A stretch of 63,389 nucleotides of DNA, filler included, from Craspedostauros australis (GCA_030167865.1; 7 parts of 7 records of this genome joined end to end with filler, not necessarily neighbours in it); one strand, 5' to 3'. Positions 34,561 through 48,611 are shown, numbered from the whole stretch's first letter. Numbers and translations: made by a program. The notes: generated from the sequence alone by a model not told the origin.

Positions 34561-36523
34561 AGTGATTGTGGTGGACAGCACTGCCGAGGAAGAGGAGTGA
34601 AGTGTCAGATCATGCCATACCGCACCAGAAATCTTCCACAAGTGAACGCATGACAGAATTGAGTCGACGGATAAAAATAGTCGTCAGAATAGTCATTAGG
34701 ATAGTAACTATGTGAAAGGAGGTGGAGCAACTTGAGATCCAATCATTGAATGNNNNNNNNNNNNNNNNNNNNNNNNNNNNNNNNNNNNNNNNNNNNNNNN
34801 NNNNNNNNNNNNNNNNNNNNNNNNNNNNNNNNNNNNNNNNNNNNNNNNNNNNNNNNNNNNNNNNNNNNNNNNNNNNNNNNNNNNNNNNNNTGTAAGGCAC
34901 GTTGGTGTGCAGCATCAGTGGCCAATGCGACATGAAGAAGATGGTCCAGCCACCGCTGTCATCGCCGTGATCGTTGTTGCCGATTATATGGTTTCCACGT
35001 TCGTTGGTTTCGTGGGTGTGGAAGGAGGTGAGTGGGAAACGATGGCAGACCACGCTGGCGTCATGCATGGCTTGTTGGACTCGAATCCAACTTGACGAGG
35101 TGGAGCGTATTGCGACAGTTAGCTTGTTGTTGTTGTTGGTGGTGCTGCTGCTGCTGCAGTTCGTGCATGATGTCGCGCAGGGCACAAGCGCATGCCAACA
35201 GCTGCATGGTTTTCGATATGGCGGACAAAGATGACGAGCAATGGGAGAAGTTGCCAACGTCATTGTACACGATTTCAATAATGGTGGATCCAAGGAGACA
35301 GTGCCTCTGTCTCATCGTTTGCGGTTTGTGGCGGCGACGCACCGCTTTGAGCATTGGTATGAACAGGCGTGGGTGGTTGTGGTGCGTGTAGTGGGGACTG
35401 AGGAACATCTCCAAACTGATGGCTCTGTTGGTCACGGGAAAAGTCGCTGCGCCCGATCCCACAGATGCATCCGTCCAACATGTGCTGAATCTCCGTTTCA
35501 GACAACGCATCGGACGTTTCTGTGCGTGCGCGCGGCTGCTGATGACTTGAATCCAGACCGCACCATGGGCCATGACATGTCTTGCCATTGCTGTTGGTTA
35601 TGTTGTTGATTCTGTTGTTGGCGCTGCCATTGCCCATGTCCCAAGCTCTCCTCTACTCAGGAGCAGTCGGTTTGATATCTTCCTTTCTTATGTTGCTGAG
35701 CGATGCGACAAGTTTGAGACCTCTGTTCATCACCGCTCGCCATTCATCATCATCATCATCGGCATCATCATCGGCATCATCATCGGCATCATCATCGTCT
35801 CTTGCCATGGCCGCCTTCGTTGATTCTGGTTGGCGTGCCATATTTGCGCAGCCGCAGCCGCTGCTTGCTTGATTACTTCATTTCTTCGTTGCTGTTTTGC
35901 TTCATTGCTTGATGGACAATGTCTCAGTGTTGGCTGATAGCTCCATCAATGCAAACATAGTCATGCCATTTCATCACCCTCTCTTCCCTTCTCTCTTGTT
36001 GTGTTGATGTTGTTTCATGGATCACGACGCAAAATCGAAGATTCGTTGTTTTGGATGGTGTCAAGAATTGTTGGCGCGTTTGTTGAGTACTCGTCTGTCT
36101 GCCATCCGTTGTTCATTCCACCAATGACACACACAAACACGCACAACCAACATCACCAATGCGTTGTCTTCGTGCAACGCAACTCTGTTTGGCGATGACG
36201 ATGACGATGGTGCTGGCGATGGTGCTGGCGATGGTGCTGGCGATGGCAACCCCCTCCAACGGTGCCGTATCCCTCCACAATTGGTACCACCGACGCAAAC
36301 GCAAACAATCAGACAAGATGACGAGGCATCGACATCCAAGAGGAACTGTGGGAAGGCTCGCCAGTTGTTCCGTACCCTTGACCCGCCCGTCCTACGACTA
36401 TGAGTATTACTATGGAACCTTCCATGAGTACGATCTACTCTAGGAGTTGCCACAGCAAAGCGTCCAGCCTGATAGGTACTCTGTTCAAACCTTTGTGCGG
36501 TCATGCGGTCATGACGATCGAAG

Positions 36524-38691
36524 TTGCTGGAAGAGGACGATGTCAGACTGATAGCAGAGAAGCAAACGGAGACCAAGCAACCACAACCGCAGCAGGCTGA
36601 CACGAAATCGAAGGCGAGCAAGCCCACCAGCTTCGCCAATGAGGCCAAAGCAGCTGCAACATCAGGTCGTCGTGCGAGTTTCAGAACAGATACACCAAGC
36701 AGGGCCAGTAGAAACACAGCAAAAGATGCGAAAGCTTCGGCTGTGAAACGATCACGTGCGAAGAGTCTGGACATGCTCAACATGCAAGATCACGAGATGT
36801 CATTCGGCTCCTTTGATCCCAGCAAGTTCAACACCAACGAATCGATACTGGCGCCAAACATCCCAAGTAGACTCAGCTTCGCCACAGCCACAGCACTTGG
36901 CGCAACCTGCGAACGGATCAACCAAGACAAGACGAAGCTTGCCCAGAGTCGGAGATACAGGCCAAGGCCAACAACGAATTCCAACGGAATGACCAGCAGC
37001 GCCAAATCGAGGAGCAAGAGTTTGGAATTCTTGAAGGATGGACACAACATGCCAGGCACAACATACACAACAGACACACCAGGCGCGAAGATTACAGCCA
37101 GCACCCTGGCTGTATCTTGAGTTGCGACAACGGAGACGTCATGCAGTGAGAGCCTGGAGTCACGCTCCAATCTGCCAAGTCTCCACGACGACGATGATAG
37201 CAGCGTCGACGTTGCGACAAGTGCTGCTGCAACGAACAGTGGGAGAAGCTTGGCGGCCCATGTCACGCCTGGAGGTTGGAGCGCGGCATCTACACCAGCC
37301 CCCTTCAGCCGCACACATGAAGAGAGACAACAGTCTTCGTCGTTGAACAAGCGCAGGTCGACGTTGGAAAGTATCCTCAAGGCCAAACGACCACCATTAC
37401 GTGAAGTGTCGTCAACCAATCCTGCCAAATCGAAGCAACAACCATCTCTCGAATCTCGATCATCGCATTTGGCCGATCTTGCCTTGACCAAAGCATCCGC
37501 AATGGCACCATCATCGTCGCCACCGTCATCATCATCATCACAGTCCAAATCCAAACTCAATCTTCAGCAGTTCGAACGCGAACATGAACACAGAGGTGTC
37601 TCGGCCGCACCCCAAGCCTCATCCAGTCCTGGAACCTTGAGTTTGGGAATCGAATTGAAATCGAGCAAGAAGGACCGGGTGGCTCCCTCTTGCAACAGAT
37701 CCGCACGCAGTTCGTTGCACCCAAGCGAAGACTCAAAGCAACGACGTTCACACGGACGAAGCGTGGGTGTTCTGCGTGATGAGAAGCGATCAAGGAAAGG
37801 ATCTCCAAGGTGCTTGGCAATGGGCCCCGACGTCACCACTCCAGCAAAACAAGAGACGTGTCATCACCATTGATATTACCATCGGTATTACCATCGATAT
37901 CACCATCGATATCACCGTCGCCACGGCATCGGCGGAGAAGCGCACAGCACACCAGTGGCAAGCCGCACTCGACATCGCCAAGATCAAAGAGTGCGGAGCG
38001 TTCGCCATCATTGTGTCATCGTCGCGACGGAGAAATTCACACATCCTCCTCTGGAAGAAGCTGCCGCTCGCCATCGGTGCGGAGTCGTCGAAGAACTGCG
38101 CAAGTATCGATGGACTCATCGCCATCATCGTAGAGACAACGAGCATCTGGCAGCTCGGATGATATGAACGCAACCTCGCGTTCACGCGAAGCCAACTCAA
38201 ATGCGCACTCCACCGGTACTGGTTTGCAACGGCGCAAGGGTTCACCTTCCAGAAAGCATGTCCGAGGAAGTTGGCGAAGACCAAATCAACGTGGCCGCAG
38301 CCAATCGACACCACATGGCGAAGATCAGCGAAGGAAGTCCTCCGATGAACGATCACCATCGGCGCGACAACGAAACAGATCAAGAGGATATCGAAATTAC
38401 AACATCGAACGGCACAGCAATGAGCGAAGTGAAAATGGACGGCATGGCAAACAACAACATGGCAACAAACGTTCGTCATCACGCGGGGCCCTTCAATCAA
38501 ATCGCCGTGGACGAAGCAGATCGTCGACACGCGATGCTGTCTACCATGAGAAGATATCTGACACAAAGCCACTGCAACTCACGCCAAAGAAAGCGGTCAG
38601 GAGCAAGAGAGCGTCTCAGTACCGCGATCGCTTGATGAATGGTACCAAAACTCCCACCCGTGAGGCATCACGATACGATGGGAGTAAATGA
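36524..38691 (+). pseudogene. Decayed Ser/Arg-rich low-complexity coding region
   Basis: The frame 36524-37873 is open except for one TGA at 37118-37120. It continues by frame changes through 37810-38133 and 38164-38691. No recognisable domain. Confidence 0.4.
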
Positions 38692-38819
38692 GATGGATGG
38701 GCCGCTCCGTACTCGTATCATACTCATAGAGGTGTGGTAGACTCACGTCGCTGTAATTTAATACACCTACGAATGGATTGTAATGTTCTATGATATGTAG
38801 GATTGGAACAGTACCGCAT

Positions 38820-39795
38820 GCACTATATCTGCTCATGCAATAGAACGCTGTGATGAAGTCACCGGATGTGTCAAGAGATTGAAGGGCTGGATACTGCTCC
38901 CACGCTGCCTCTGCCTTGTCTGCAACTTGTCTGGTCCGCTCTCTGCGGTATAGTACATACCCACACAGGGATGTTGCCGATGTCATTCATGAGCAGATTA
39001 GACGTCCGTGGTTCCATCTACGCTCCGCCATGAGCATCATTGTTGGTTCATTGCGCAGACAAAGAACGCAAGGCAGCAGCATCTTCACAAGCCTTGCGGT
39101 CGTCACAGAGCAGTCGTCACCGTGCCACCGGATTCACACACAGAGCACTCTCCACTCCAAGTCACACACTGCCAAGCCGATTCAAAGCTACAGTGCCGAT
39201 GCCAGCCGATCCAAGTTTCTGGAAGAGACGACGAAGAGCATATGGCGAACAAGGCAGAGAGAAATGATGGGAAGCCGCGAGGGGCATGGTTGTTGCACGG
39301 TTCCATCTACCGTCCCGTATCACGCTATTGTCCTCATCGCTCCATGAGTTGCACTCCCGCCATTGCGCCAACACTGCAGTCAAGACCCTTGCCAAGTCCC
39401 AGGAGGAGCGATCACTCGCCGTTGAAGCAACAAATGCCAGGGTCACCATCAATTCCAATCTTCGAAGCGAGCAGTGCCAGCATGGCGGAAAGACAAGAAC
39501 CGACGAGACAGCGCAGTCCAAGCATCCAGAGAGCTTGACGAGCAAAAGAAGAAACCAACCAGCAACCCCGTGCAGAGTGCGAGTGCCGTATTGCGGATCA
39601 TGGTTGACACAGAGATCCATTTTGGTACAAGAAGCACACGGTCAGCGATCCATGGCCCATGGATACCGTATCTCCACATGTCCTCCTTCGTGGTGATCCC
39701 AACTTTGTTCGTGAGGCAGATGTTCCTGTCGATCGCCTCGGTTGAGCATCGATGCTCTGGAAGTCACGAGCCAAGACGGCGGTGCTCATGCCTCT
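38820..39795. repeat. ~1-kb dispersed repeat homologous to 60306-61295 (opposite orientation in the window)
   Basis: Shared strings such as AAGAGATTGAAGGGCTGGATACTGC, CAGGGATGTTGCCGATGTCATTCA and CAAGCATCCAGAGAGCTTGACGAGCAAAAGAAGAAACCAAC. Confidence 0.85.
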
Positions 39796-42401
39796 GGATA
39801 GAACGCGCATGGTATTGTATGTTGGTGGTCCGTGCGGCAGGAACAGTGGAGGCGGCACGGTATCACTCAGCTTGTTGATTGTTGAACATGCCAACTCATC
39901 CCAATACGCAATGTGGTGTTGGTTTGATGTTGGGGACTCTTGTTGCCCGCGCGGATGGTGATTGTTGCAATGTGGTGGGATGGCAACCAGTCAAATCCAA
40001 CTGAGATGGGTTGAAACCAACCAAGGCAGTCACATCGGTGGCTTCATGGTTGTTCGAGGCATTGGCTCACACCTCAAGTTGGTGCTTGCGATGGCAGGCG
40101 GACAAGCGTCAGCGGTCTTGCAGATGCCACGATGACGCAAGCAATCGTGGGTCATGGTGTACATGGTGGTGGTGATGGCAGCTCCCTCTGTCTCTCTGTC
40201 TCTCTGTATCTCTGCCTCCGAAGACTTTCACGTTGTTTGCTTCGAATTGATGTGGTGTTGATTGTGACTGAAGTCGAGTTGTCGGAGGCAGACTCAAGGC
40301 CAAAAGACCGTCCAGACCAATGAAAACACCCAACGACCATTTCGAACCACTTGGGTATGACCATCAACGATCTTTCGCATTCGTTGTGCTTCGACAGATG
40401 TCAACACAGTCATTGATCTTCTTGGGTGATCTGACTCATAGTCGTATCAGTCGAAGATTCTCGTTTTCGACAATGCCACACAACAGAACCCTGTTGTTGT
40501 CAGAACCCNNNNNNNNNNNNNNNNNNNNNNNNNNNNNNNNNNNNNNNNNNNNNNNNNNNNNNNNNNNNNNNNNNNNNNNNNNNNNNNNNNNNNNNNNNNN
40601 NNNNNNNNNNNNNNNNNNNNNNNNNNNNNNNNNNNNNNNNNNNNNNNNNNNNNNNNNNNNNNNNNNNNNNNTACAAATAATTAACCATTACATTTTTGAA
40701 TCAGATCCTATTTTAAGTTTTATGGACCGATGGATATGCGCAATTTTCGATCTCTGTCGTGTTTCGGCCTCTTGCTTCCGACTACATCGATCCAACTTAA
40801 CCCTCTGCTGTTCTTTGTTTTAGCGACTGTGTTCCGATTTTGAATTGTTTAGTCTCTTTTTCAGGTGTTCGGATGAGGCCATCCAACAGTCCATCCACGA
40901 TAGCACTAGTTGTGGAGTTTTGGGAGAAACGGTGAATGCGCGTTTACTTGCATTCAACCATGTGCTCGCCCGATCCGTCATCGACGTCACGCATCTAGAT
41001 GCTTCGTCATGAAACACCAATGACATCACGATGCGCAACATCATCAGGTCTGCTTCGTCGTGGCGAATTGGTTGAGTGTGGTTGGTACTCCTCAAGTGTT
41101 TTGTGTTGTGCTCCTTTCGGACAGTTACTACAATTGGAGGCAAACCTCCCCATCCCCCAACATGTGAGGCTGGTCGAGAGTGGCAAACTGGACACACCAA
41201 CATGACAATGGCGCAACACCAAAAAAACTCCACAATGGCCGTCCAACGGTATCCTAAGCGCTGCGCCAACCAGCGGGCCATTTCAAGATCCAAGAACATC
41301 GCCGTCACCGCCACGCAACGTTTGGTGGGTGGACGAGCGGAGGCGGGAAGCGGGGTTGATTTGGGGCCGTCGTAGGCCCCAGAAATACGGCCACAATTTG
41401 GCTCCAAATCGGCTGGTTGGTTTTTGGCCTGTGTGTGGCACACACAGGTCATATCAGCGCCTACGGATGGGCAAGACGCCTCAAGAAGGGCAAGAAGAAG
41501 GCTCCCTCAAAGTTTGAGGCTCGCGGAGCACCGGGAAGGTGTCCGCGCAGAGGAAAAGGTGGTTTTGAGGAGCTTTGGTTGCGGCTCGCCTGGCACCGGT
41601 CGCATGGCTTTGGCAGTGAGGGGCGATGGGACGACGCCCCTCAATTGCCAAGGCCCCCATACAAGATGCTTTCGAAACCGGCTGAAGATACACGTCGTGA
41701 AGTTTGCGCCACGGATATGGTCTACAAGAGGCTGCAGCTGATCATATCTGCAGAATGGTCGTTGTTGGTGGGAGAAAAAATGCACCACCACTTCATCATA
41801 TGGAGATGTATCACATCAGTCATGCACTCCCAGCCCATTCTGGATGCATCCGCGTGTCGCCATGGAGCGTGGGAATGCACGAGGATTGCTTGGAGGGGCT
41901 GAAAGGATCGAATGAATGCGGTACAGATCCAAATCTGTATCGCAACCGGATTGAAATCAATTTTTGGGAATCGCTCTGTTTCGGTGTGTGGCTGCATTGC
42001 TGCATGCAGAGCCAATGTCTGAGGCCAACCTTCCTGGAGTGGATAGCTGGGGGGTATACAGAGCGAATGGTATGCACAGTTTGCTGAAATACAAGGATTA
42101 TGATGATGATCATGTGTGCTCATTGGAGGGCAACATTGTGCCATCGACCATTTTTTTTTTTGAATCCACCACACAACACACAGCAAACCAACCTGACTTC
42201 CAAAATATTTTCTATACTCATTTAACTTCGATATTCTGTTAAAACGATAGTCAGGCGTCTGAGTGCAATGTTTAGATTTAATTTTAAGCGATGTGTTGTT
42301 GAGATATAGCATGACAAGCAGATATTGGATGTGCTTTTTGGACGGTCTCTAGACTCGTTTTAGTAGCATGGTCTGCCACCCACAAAACTCCACAACTAGT
42401 G

Positions 42402-44759
42402 TTATCGTGGCAGTTCATGCCCATCACAATTTTCCGTCTCATCATCCAACACAGCCTCACTTTCTGTGTTGGCCTTCATTGTGTGAGCATCACACCACAT
42501 CTGATGATCCAGCTCCTCTTCTTCTCTCTGCAACTCCTCCTCTCTTCGTTCCTCCTGTGTTTCAGCTGGCGCATCGTGGGTCGCCACAATTGCAGATGCT
42601 GTTGCTGTTGTGTTGCCTGTTGGGTTGGTGGTGGTTTCCGTCTTGATGAGGGCAGCCTGCTTCTTTTCTTTGCGTTGTTTGGCGTTGTACGCTGCAGACA
42701 GCGACGCTTTCACGCGCATGGGATTTGCGTGCAGTTGTACGTACCAGTCAGTTTTGGTCCTGTTGTCGTCCATCAATTGTTCGTGTGCTTCGTGTTCGGA
42801 TGGTCTGTTTTTCGAGTCCTTCGCGGACGCTTCACTGATGCCCTTCAATTTGTCCGCGATGTAGTCTGGTAGTTTCGCGTTGATCCGTACGGTTTTGCTT
42901 GCCCAGCCTGGCACTGCGAGCGGTGGGTGTTCGGTTTCTGCGGTCTTGTCCTTCAACTCCGCGGTGCGGTCAGTCGGCACGCATCCTTGTACATCTTGAA
43001 TCGCTTTGCCGAACACCAGCCCCTTGCTCTCTGCCGCTGTGCGCCCGAGTTTTCGCGTCTTGTCCGTCTTCCTGAACGATTCGGACGTTGTCGGCAGCTT
43101 GTCGGACGTGATTGTTCTGTCCTCGATGACGCCCAACTCATTGATGATCCACCCTTCCCATTCAGCGCTCTTGACCACGACGTCTTCCGTGATACCAGAT
43201 GCAGCCACCAACCGTGCCTGGTCATCATCATACTTCACCTTGTGAGTTTGACGTACCTGTTGTCCAGACGCTCGGAATCGTCTTTTTGGTGCGCCTGGAA
43301 GCGTGGTGATGTTGCCTTGGAGGGTCTTTGCGTTGACCAGTACCGTGGTGGTACCCGCGATGTTACCGGCTTTCAGTGCAAGGAAGAGTTGGAACGGGGT
43401 CTTGATGTCCTTGCCACTTTGCACGTATTTTTGCAGTACACGGGTGATGTACGCGAAGTGCGTGTCCAGCATGCTCTTACCAGTTTGGGCCTCTGTGTAG
43501 ATCCACGCGATGATTTTGGCCGCCTTTCGTGTCGCAAGGTTCTTGTTGAGTACCGATGTGATGAGCGCGATGTGCTCGTGACTGGCGAAACAACACGCGT
43601 TATCGCTCTGTAGGATGATTTCAGTCACGGATGGGTGAATGTCTTTGACCTTTTTTTGCACAATGTCAAGCAGTCCACCAACTTGAAGTGTGTCTTGTGT
43701 CGGTCTTCCGCCGACCACAATGTCGATGAACCGATAAGTAAAAATGTCATTGNNNNNNNNNNNNNNNNNNNNNNNNNNNNNNNNNNNNNNNNNNNNNNNN
43801 NNNNNNNNNNNNNNNNNNNNNNNNNNNNNNNNNNNNNNNNNNNNNNNNNNNNNNNNNNNNNNNNNNNNNNNNNTTGATAAAAAGCGATTTGTCGGAATTG
43901 CACTTTGGCACGCACTTTGTGAGCCATGTAATTAGTGATTTCATCAGCGAATCCCGGGGCCGCCGCAAGCATTGATTGCAATTCGTCTTTGTGTTCTGCG
44001 AGTTCGTTGTCCTTAAGCATTGTGACGAAAGGGACAAAACGATCATCCACAAATCGCATTGCTGCGCCACAACGGTTGCATACTTTACGTGGTTGTTCGG
44101 TCGTGGTGGTGGGAGAAGTGTCATTTGTGACGGTTGGCGTGTCGCTTTTGAGAGTGTTCTTCTTGCGTTTGTGCTTGTTGGTGCGTGATTTGCGTTGGTT
44201 GGTTGAGGTGGTTGTTGCCTTCTTCTTCTCCTTTTTGGTGGTGAGAGCGAACGCGGCCGAATGCATTGGATCGTCACACTGAAGTTGCATGTGGGAGGCG
44301 GTGAATTCCCATTTGAGGAACACAACAAGCAGTTCGAGTGCATTCAAGAGGGAATCGGCTGTGCGCACATGTGGAGAGATGACGTCATTGGGCTCATTGT
44401 TCTGGTAGCTCTCGTCATTGGCATCGTTTTGCTCCGCTCCGTCCGCTTTATACTTAGCCTTCAGCAGGTCTACTAGGCGCGAAATTGCCTGTTTGAGTTT
44501 CTCCGTCGCCATCCAGAAGTAGCTTTCGAAGGAAGAGAGGCCTGTCTTGATCTTGCTTTTGCGTGTGAGTAGGTTAGTCATGGTGGCGAACGCGGGCATT
44601 CCCACTGGGTTGTTGGTTGTTGATGTGTACATGCCGAATAGTTGTTCGATTGACGTGCTTCCACGATCGAAGACAGGGACATTTTCAAATTTGATGCCTC
44701 CGAACTGTACCGTGTGACTCAGGCCTGCCTTGTACGTAGCGGTGGTCATGAGAAACGAT
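42402..44759 (-). mobile_element. Putative DDE transposase-like ORF (Sola-like motif pattern), split by an N gap and truncated at the contig end
   Basis: ORFs 44749-43874 and 43752-42402 flank one gap. Motifs TQDTLQV, IILQSDNACCF and YTEAQTGKSMLDTHFA, an upstream CNRC, no introns, and an AT-rich 3' flank. Confidence 0.55.
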
Positions 44760-44859
44760 NNNNNNNNNNNNNNNNNNNNNNNNNNNNNNNNNNNNNNNNN
44801 NNNTTAATTAATTAANNNNNNNNNNNNNNNNNNNNNNNNNNNNNNNNNNNNNNNNNNNN

Positions 44860-45272
44860 CCACGGTTCCGCCTGAGACCCTCTCAGCACAAATGGAAGCA
44901 TTTCAGCAAGCCTTGGAGCAGACTACCCAACTCACCTATCTCCGCATTCGACCACACCCGCCTGGCAAACATGCCCATTGGTACTATGCACTTGTTAAAC
45001 GTATCTTGCGGCGAAATTATTGCAACAAGGTGAGAGCAGCACTGTGTTCCCTTCCAACATGGTCGCGGCCGCTGGCCCTGTTTGGGAAGATGCTGATGAC
45101 AAGACGCCGACGTTGGAATATATTGGGTGCAAAGGATCCCATGAGCGAGACTTTCCATCTTCTTCTGCAGGGCAGTGAGATGTTGAAGCAGGCATGGGAC
45201 GACAAGAGAGCGGGTCAGCTCGTCCAAGTTGAGAAGGATCCCACTGCCCGAGAGAAGAACCAGCAAGGCTGA
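44860..45272 (+). CDS. C-terminal part of repeated LRR-like hypothetical protein (5' end lost at contig edge)
   Basis: EAFQQALEQTTQLTYLRI...ILRRN...PLALFG..ETFHLLLQ. Homolog at 32818-33161. Confidence 0.55.
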
Positions 45273-45554
45273 GATGTCGCCTGGAATAGATCAAAGCGCT
45301 TCTGCCAGAGCATCGGAAGTGATAACGGACTGGCCATACTCGTCAAAGCGACGAAGGTTCCTCTTGACAGTTTGCAAAGCAAGGCGGAGTGCACCGATGA
45401 TTGAGATAGTACGAGTACGTTCGATGTCACGAGTACAATAGGATACTTTGCAGCCTTACTCCGAATAATTATAATGCGTTGGTCGAGCATGGGCGTACTC
45501 GATGCATGTGTGCTCGTGGTCGTGGCACAGGATAAGGGAGATGGTTGGTTGATC

Positions 45555-45572
45555 AGTTGATTGATTGATCAG

Positions 45573-45643
<71 letters not shown>
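45555..45643. repeat. (GATT)n microsatellite
   Basis: About 20 tandem GATT units, with an interruption near the 5' side. Confidence 0.95.
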
Positions 45644-45644
<1 letters not shown>

Positions 45645-45786
45645 GAGGTGTTCGCTTGTGATTATGATTGCGATTGTGTGTTGTGGTTTGTGAGAAGTAT
45701 GGAATGTCTAGATCGTACGAGTATGGCTAGTCCATCAACAACAAGCGAAAGCCGTCCATAGAACCTATCTGCACCACATCGCGATT

Positions 45787-47585
45787 TCACATCGCCATTT
45801 CACACAGCTCCATACATTCTCGTATCCTCAGAATGGCAGCATCCAGAAAGATCTTCTTCGCAACGCCCATCTTGTCCGTGATGAAGAAGAACACATCCCG
45901 GAACTTGGCAAACGATCCCAACGAGGTCTCTCGGTACCCCAATACACCAGCCTTGGCCATGATGCCGATGATGGCCATGATCTCGTGGTGGTGGACCGTC
46001 GCTTGTCCTTGGATTCTGTCTGCAGGATGTCTTCGAGGCTGTTCCCGCCATTGGCTTGTTCATCGTACTGCATGGTATGCTGCTGAATGGCGTTGACCAG
46101 GAAGCATGCGTCTTGGATGGCCTGATTGGCGCTCTGTCCAAGGAATGGTGGCATGGCGTGCGCCGCATCACCGCAGACAGTCAGGATGGCGACCTTGTCT
46201 GCGCCGGTGCTTCCATTACAGTCACAGTTGCGATTTCCGTTGGTGGCCATCATCGATCTGGTCCATCGCGCAAAGGTATTGTGGAGCTAGACCCCCAACT
46301 CGAAGAAACGATCGGCCTTGTCGATGAGTCGATCGATGATGGTCCTTGTGGCGTGCGTGGAGGTCTTGGCATCATCGATCTGCTGTCACATCTGTTGCTG
46401 GATGCGCTCGGCCTTGGATGATACCTTCCAAGTGACGTTCTCGTCATCCTTGCTGACGGCGGGCTTGGAGAAGAGCAAGGCGTTGCGGAAAATGATGAAG
46501 CAGCATCNNNNNNNNNNNNNNNNNNNNNNNNNNNNNNNNNNNNNNNNNNNNNNNNNNNNNNNNNNNNNNNNNNNNNNNNNNNNNNNNNNNNNNNNNNNNN
46601 NNNNNNNNNNNNNNNNNNNNNNNNNNNNNNNNNNNNNNNNNNNNNNNNNNNNNNNNNNNNNNNNNNNNNNNNNNNNNNNNNNNNNNNNNNNNNNNNNNNN
46701 NNNNNNNNNNNNNNNNNNNNNNNNNNNNNNNNNNNNNNGCGGATGCCAGAGTTCACAGCTGGCGAATTGCGTTGATTGTCTGATGGCGACCGCGCATCGC
46801 CGTTGATGTACTGCTTGACGACGTTGTTGGCACCATCAAAGCCCACCACCATATCGTACCAGTACGACCCTTCTCTCGTTCCATCTTCAAACGCGAGATG
46901 GATGGCATCTCGCTTCTCCATCTTTTCATATTCCACATTCATCACTTGCTTTGCCAAGATGCACGGGCGTCACCTCCACCTCCTCAAGCAGCGCCTCCTG
47001 CAACGCTCCTCGCATGATGGAGGACGGTACGCCATGACCTCGCCTTCCTCCTGGATCAGCGCTTTCGTCGTGGCGTCACTCCGCATCCATGGTCATCTGT
47101 CTGAGATTGAAGTGCAGCAGCTGGAACTCCTCGTTGGATGAGATCCAGTTGGTGGTCTTGCATCGCACGGTCGTCAACGGCAGCGTGACATTGGCCGCCG
47201 CACGCTGCAGGGACGGATAGATCTGCTTCAGCACCGCCATGCTGCCGTTAAGCTGCACACCCGCACCTGCGACGACGTCCAATTCTGGTTTCGCATCGAA
47301 GCATGTCACGTCGAAGCATGTCACATCGAAGCATATCACATCAATGTTGTGTGCATCGTTGATTTTGTTGTTGTCGAAGGCATGCGCCAAGGAGAGACCG
47401 GCGATGCCACCGCCGATCACGGCAATCTTCCGCATTGGTTGGTGATTCTCATTCCCGTTGCTTCTGCTACTGCGACTCCTGCTGCTGCATTGGAGCGAGG
47501 ATGACAGGGATGGCGATGACAGTGAGGTCGTTGCCACCACCATGCACACGATGCAGATGGCACCAATCATCCTCTTTTGATGCAT
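45787..47585 (-). pseudogene. FAD-dependent monooxygenase (zeaxanthin epoxidase/salicylate hydroxylase-like) pseudogene
   Basis: All three flavoprotein fingerprints are present: KIAVIGGGIAGLSLAHA, DMVVGFDGANNVVK and GDAAHAMPPFLGQSANQAIQDA. There is an N-terminal signal-like segment. The gene is broken by a stop at 47076-47078, by frameshifts and by an N gap. Confidence 0.82.
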
Positions 47586-48611
47586 CAACCACGTCGTTGG
47601 TGCCATTGCTGCCAATGTTGTGATTCTTCTGGTTGTGGCTGTCTCTGTGGTTGGGCGATCAATGAGTGAGGAACCAAGTTAACCAGCTGGCATTGTTCGA
47701 AGTCTCTCTCCAGAAACAGAGAGAGTGTTGGTATCGTACTCTGTGGATAGACGCTTGATGGCAACGGTGATCATCAGTGACCGTTGTGGTTGTGACGATC
47801 TGTATCAGTCTTCTGCAGCGATGTCTGCACCACCACCATGGCCATCGTCGTCACCACAAGTTCCATCGTTTCTCGATCGTTCCATGTTGATCACGGGACT
47901 GATAGTTGATTCATTCACTCGTGACGATTGTGCGAGGCGAGATGAGTCCTGGATACGTTTGCTGTCGATTGAAACACGAATGGTGTCACCATCATCATCA
48001 CCATCGTCATGTTCTCGACAAAACGCGGGAAACGCCTCTGATTTCCACCGAAGAAGTCGTCGTGGTGGATTCGTCACATCGTGGATCCGCCCATTACGGT
48101 CGTTCAATGACATCCAACCGCCGAAGTACATAGTATGCATTCGTATGGCATACTGGTTGACTCCCCCAAGACCATCACAGAGGGATGTACTCATATTACA
48201 CGAACTATGGTATCACATGAAGAAGCGCGACTGCGCGGCGTGGCGAAGTTGGGCACGATCGAAGGTCGTATCGTGCAAGCGAGCGAGCTAGCCTGCTTCG
48301 GATCATGATGTAGCTGTCCACGGTCGTACCATACCATACCATCGCATGGGATGCCATACACCGTGGTGGAACTGCGCAAGTCCATGCAAGCGTGTTGACT
48401 GACGACACGTTGCTTCATGATCAATGCACAGGATCATGAAATGGAGGACAGCAAACTTGATCAGATGAGCTCACAATCGCCATCCAAGCGCAACTGATTT
48501 GGGACCACATACGCTACCAGCACTACTCGTACGAGTGTACCGCCAATATCAACAATCACCAGCAGCACGGACAACAGCGACGACAGCAACGACAGCGACA
48601 ACAAGAAAAGG

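Noticed and set aside
34890..35841. Minus-strand gene starting with an acidic tract
   Set aside because: Multiple stops and frame changes with no identifiable domain; at most a decayed fragment.
37118..37120. In-frame TGA as selenocysteine or programmed readthrough
   Set aside because: It lies in low-complexity sequence with no redox motif, and further frameshifts downstream indicate ordinary decay.
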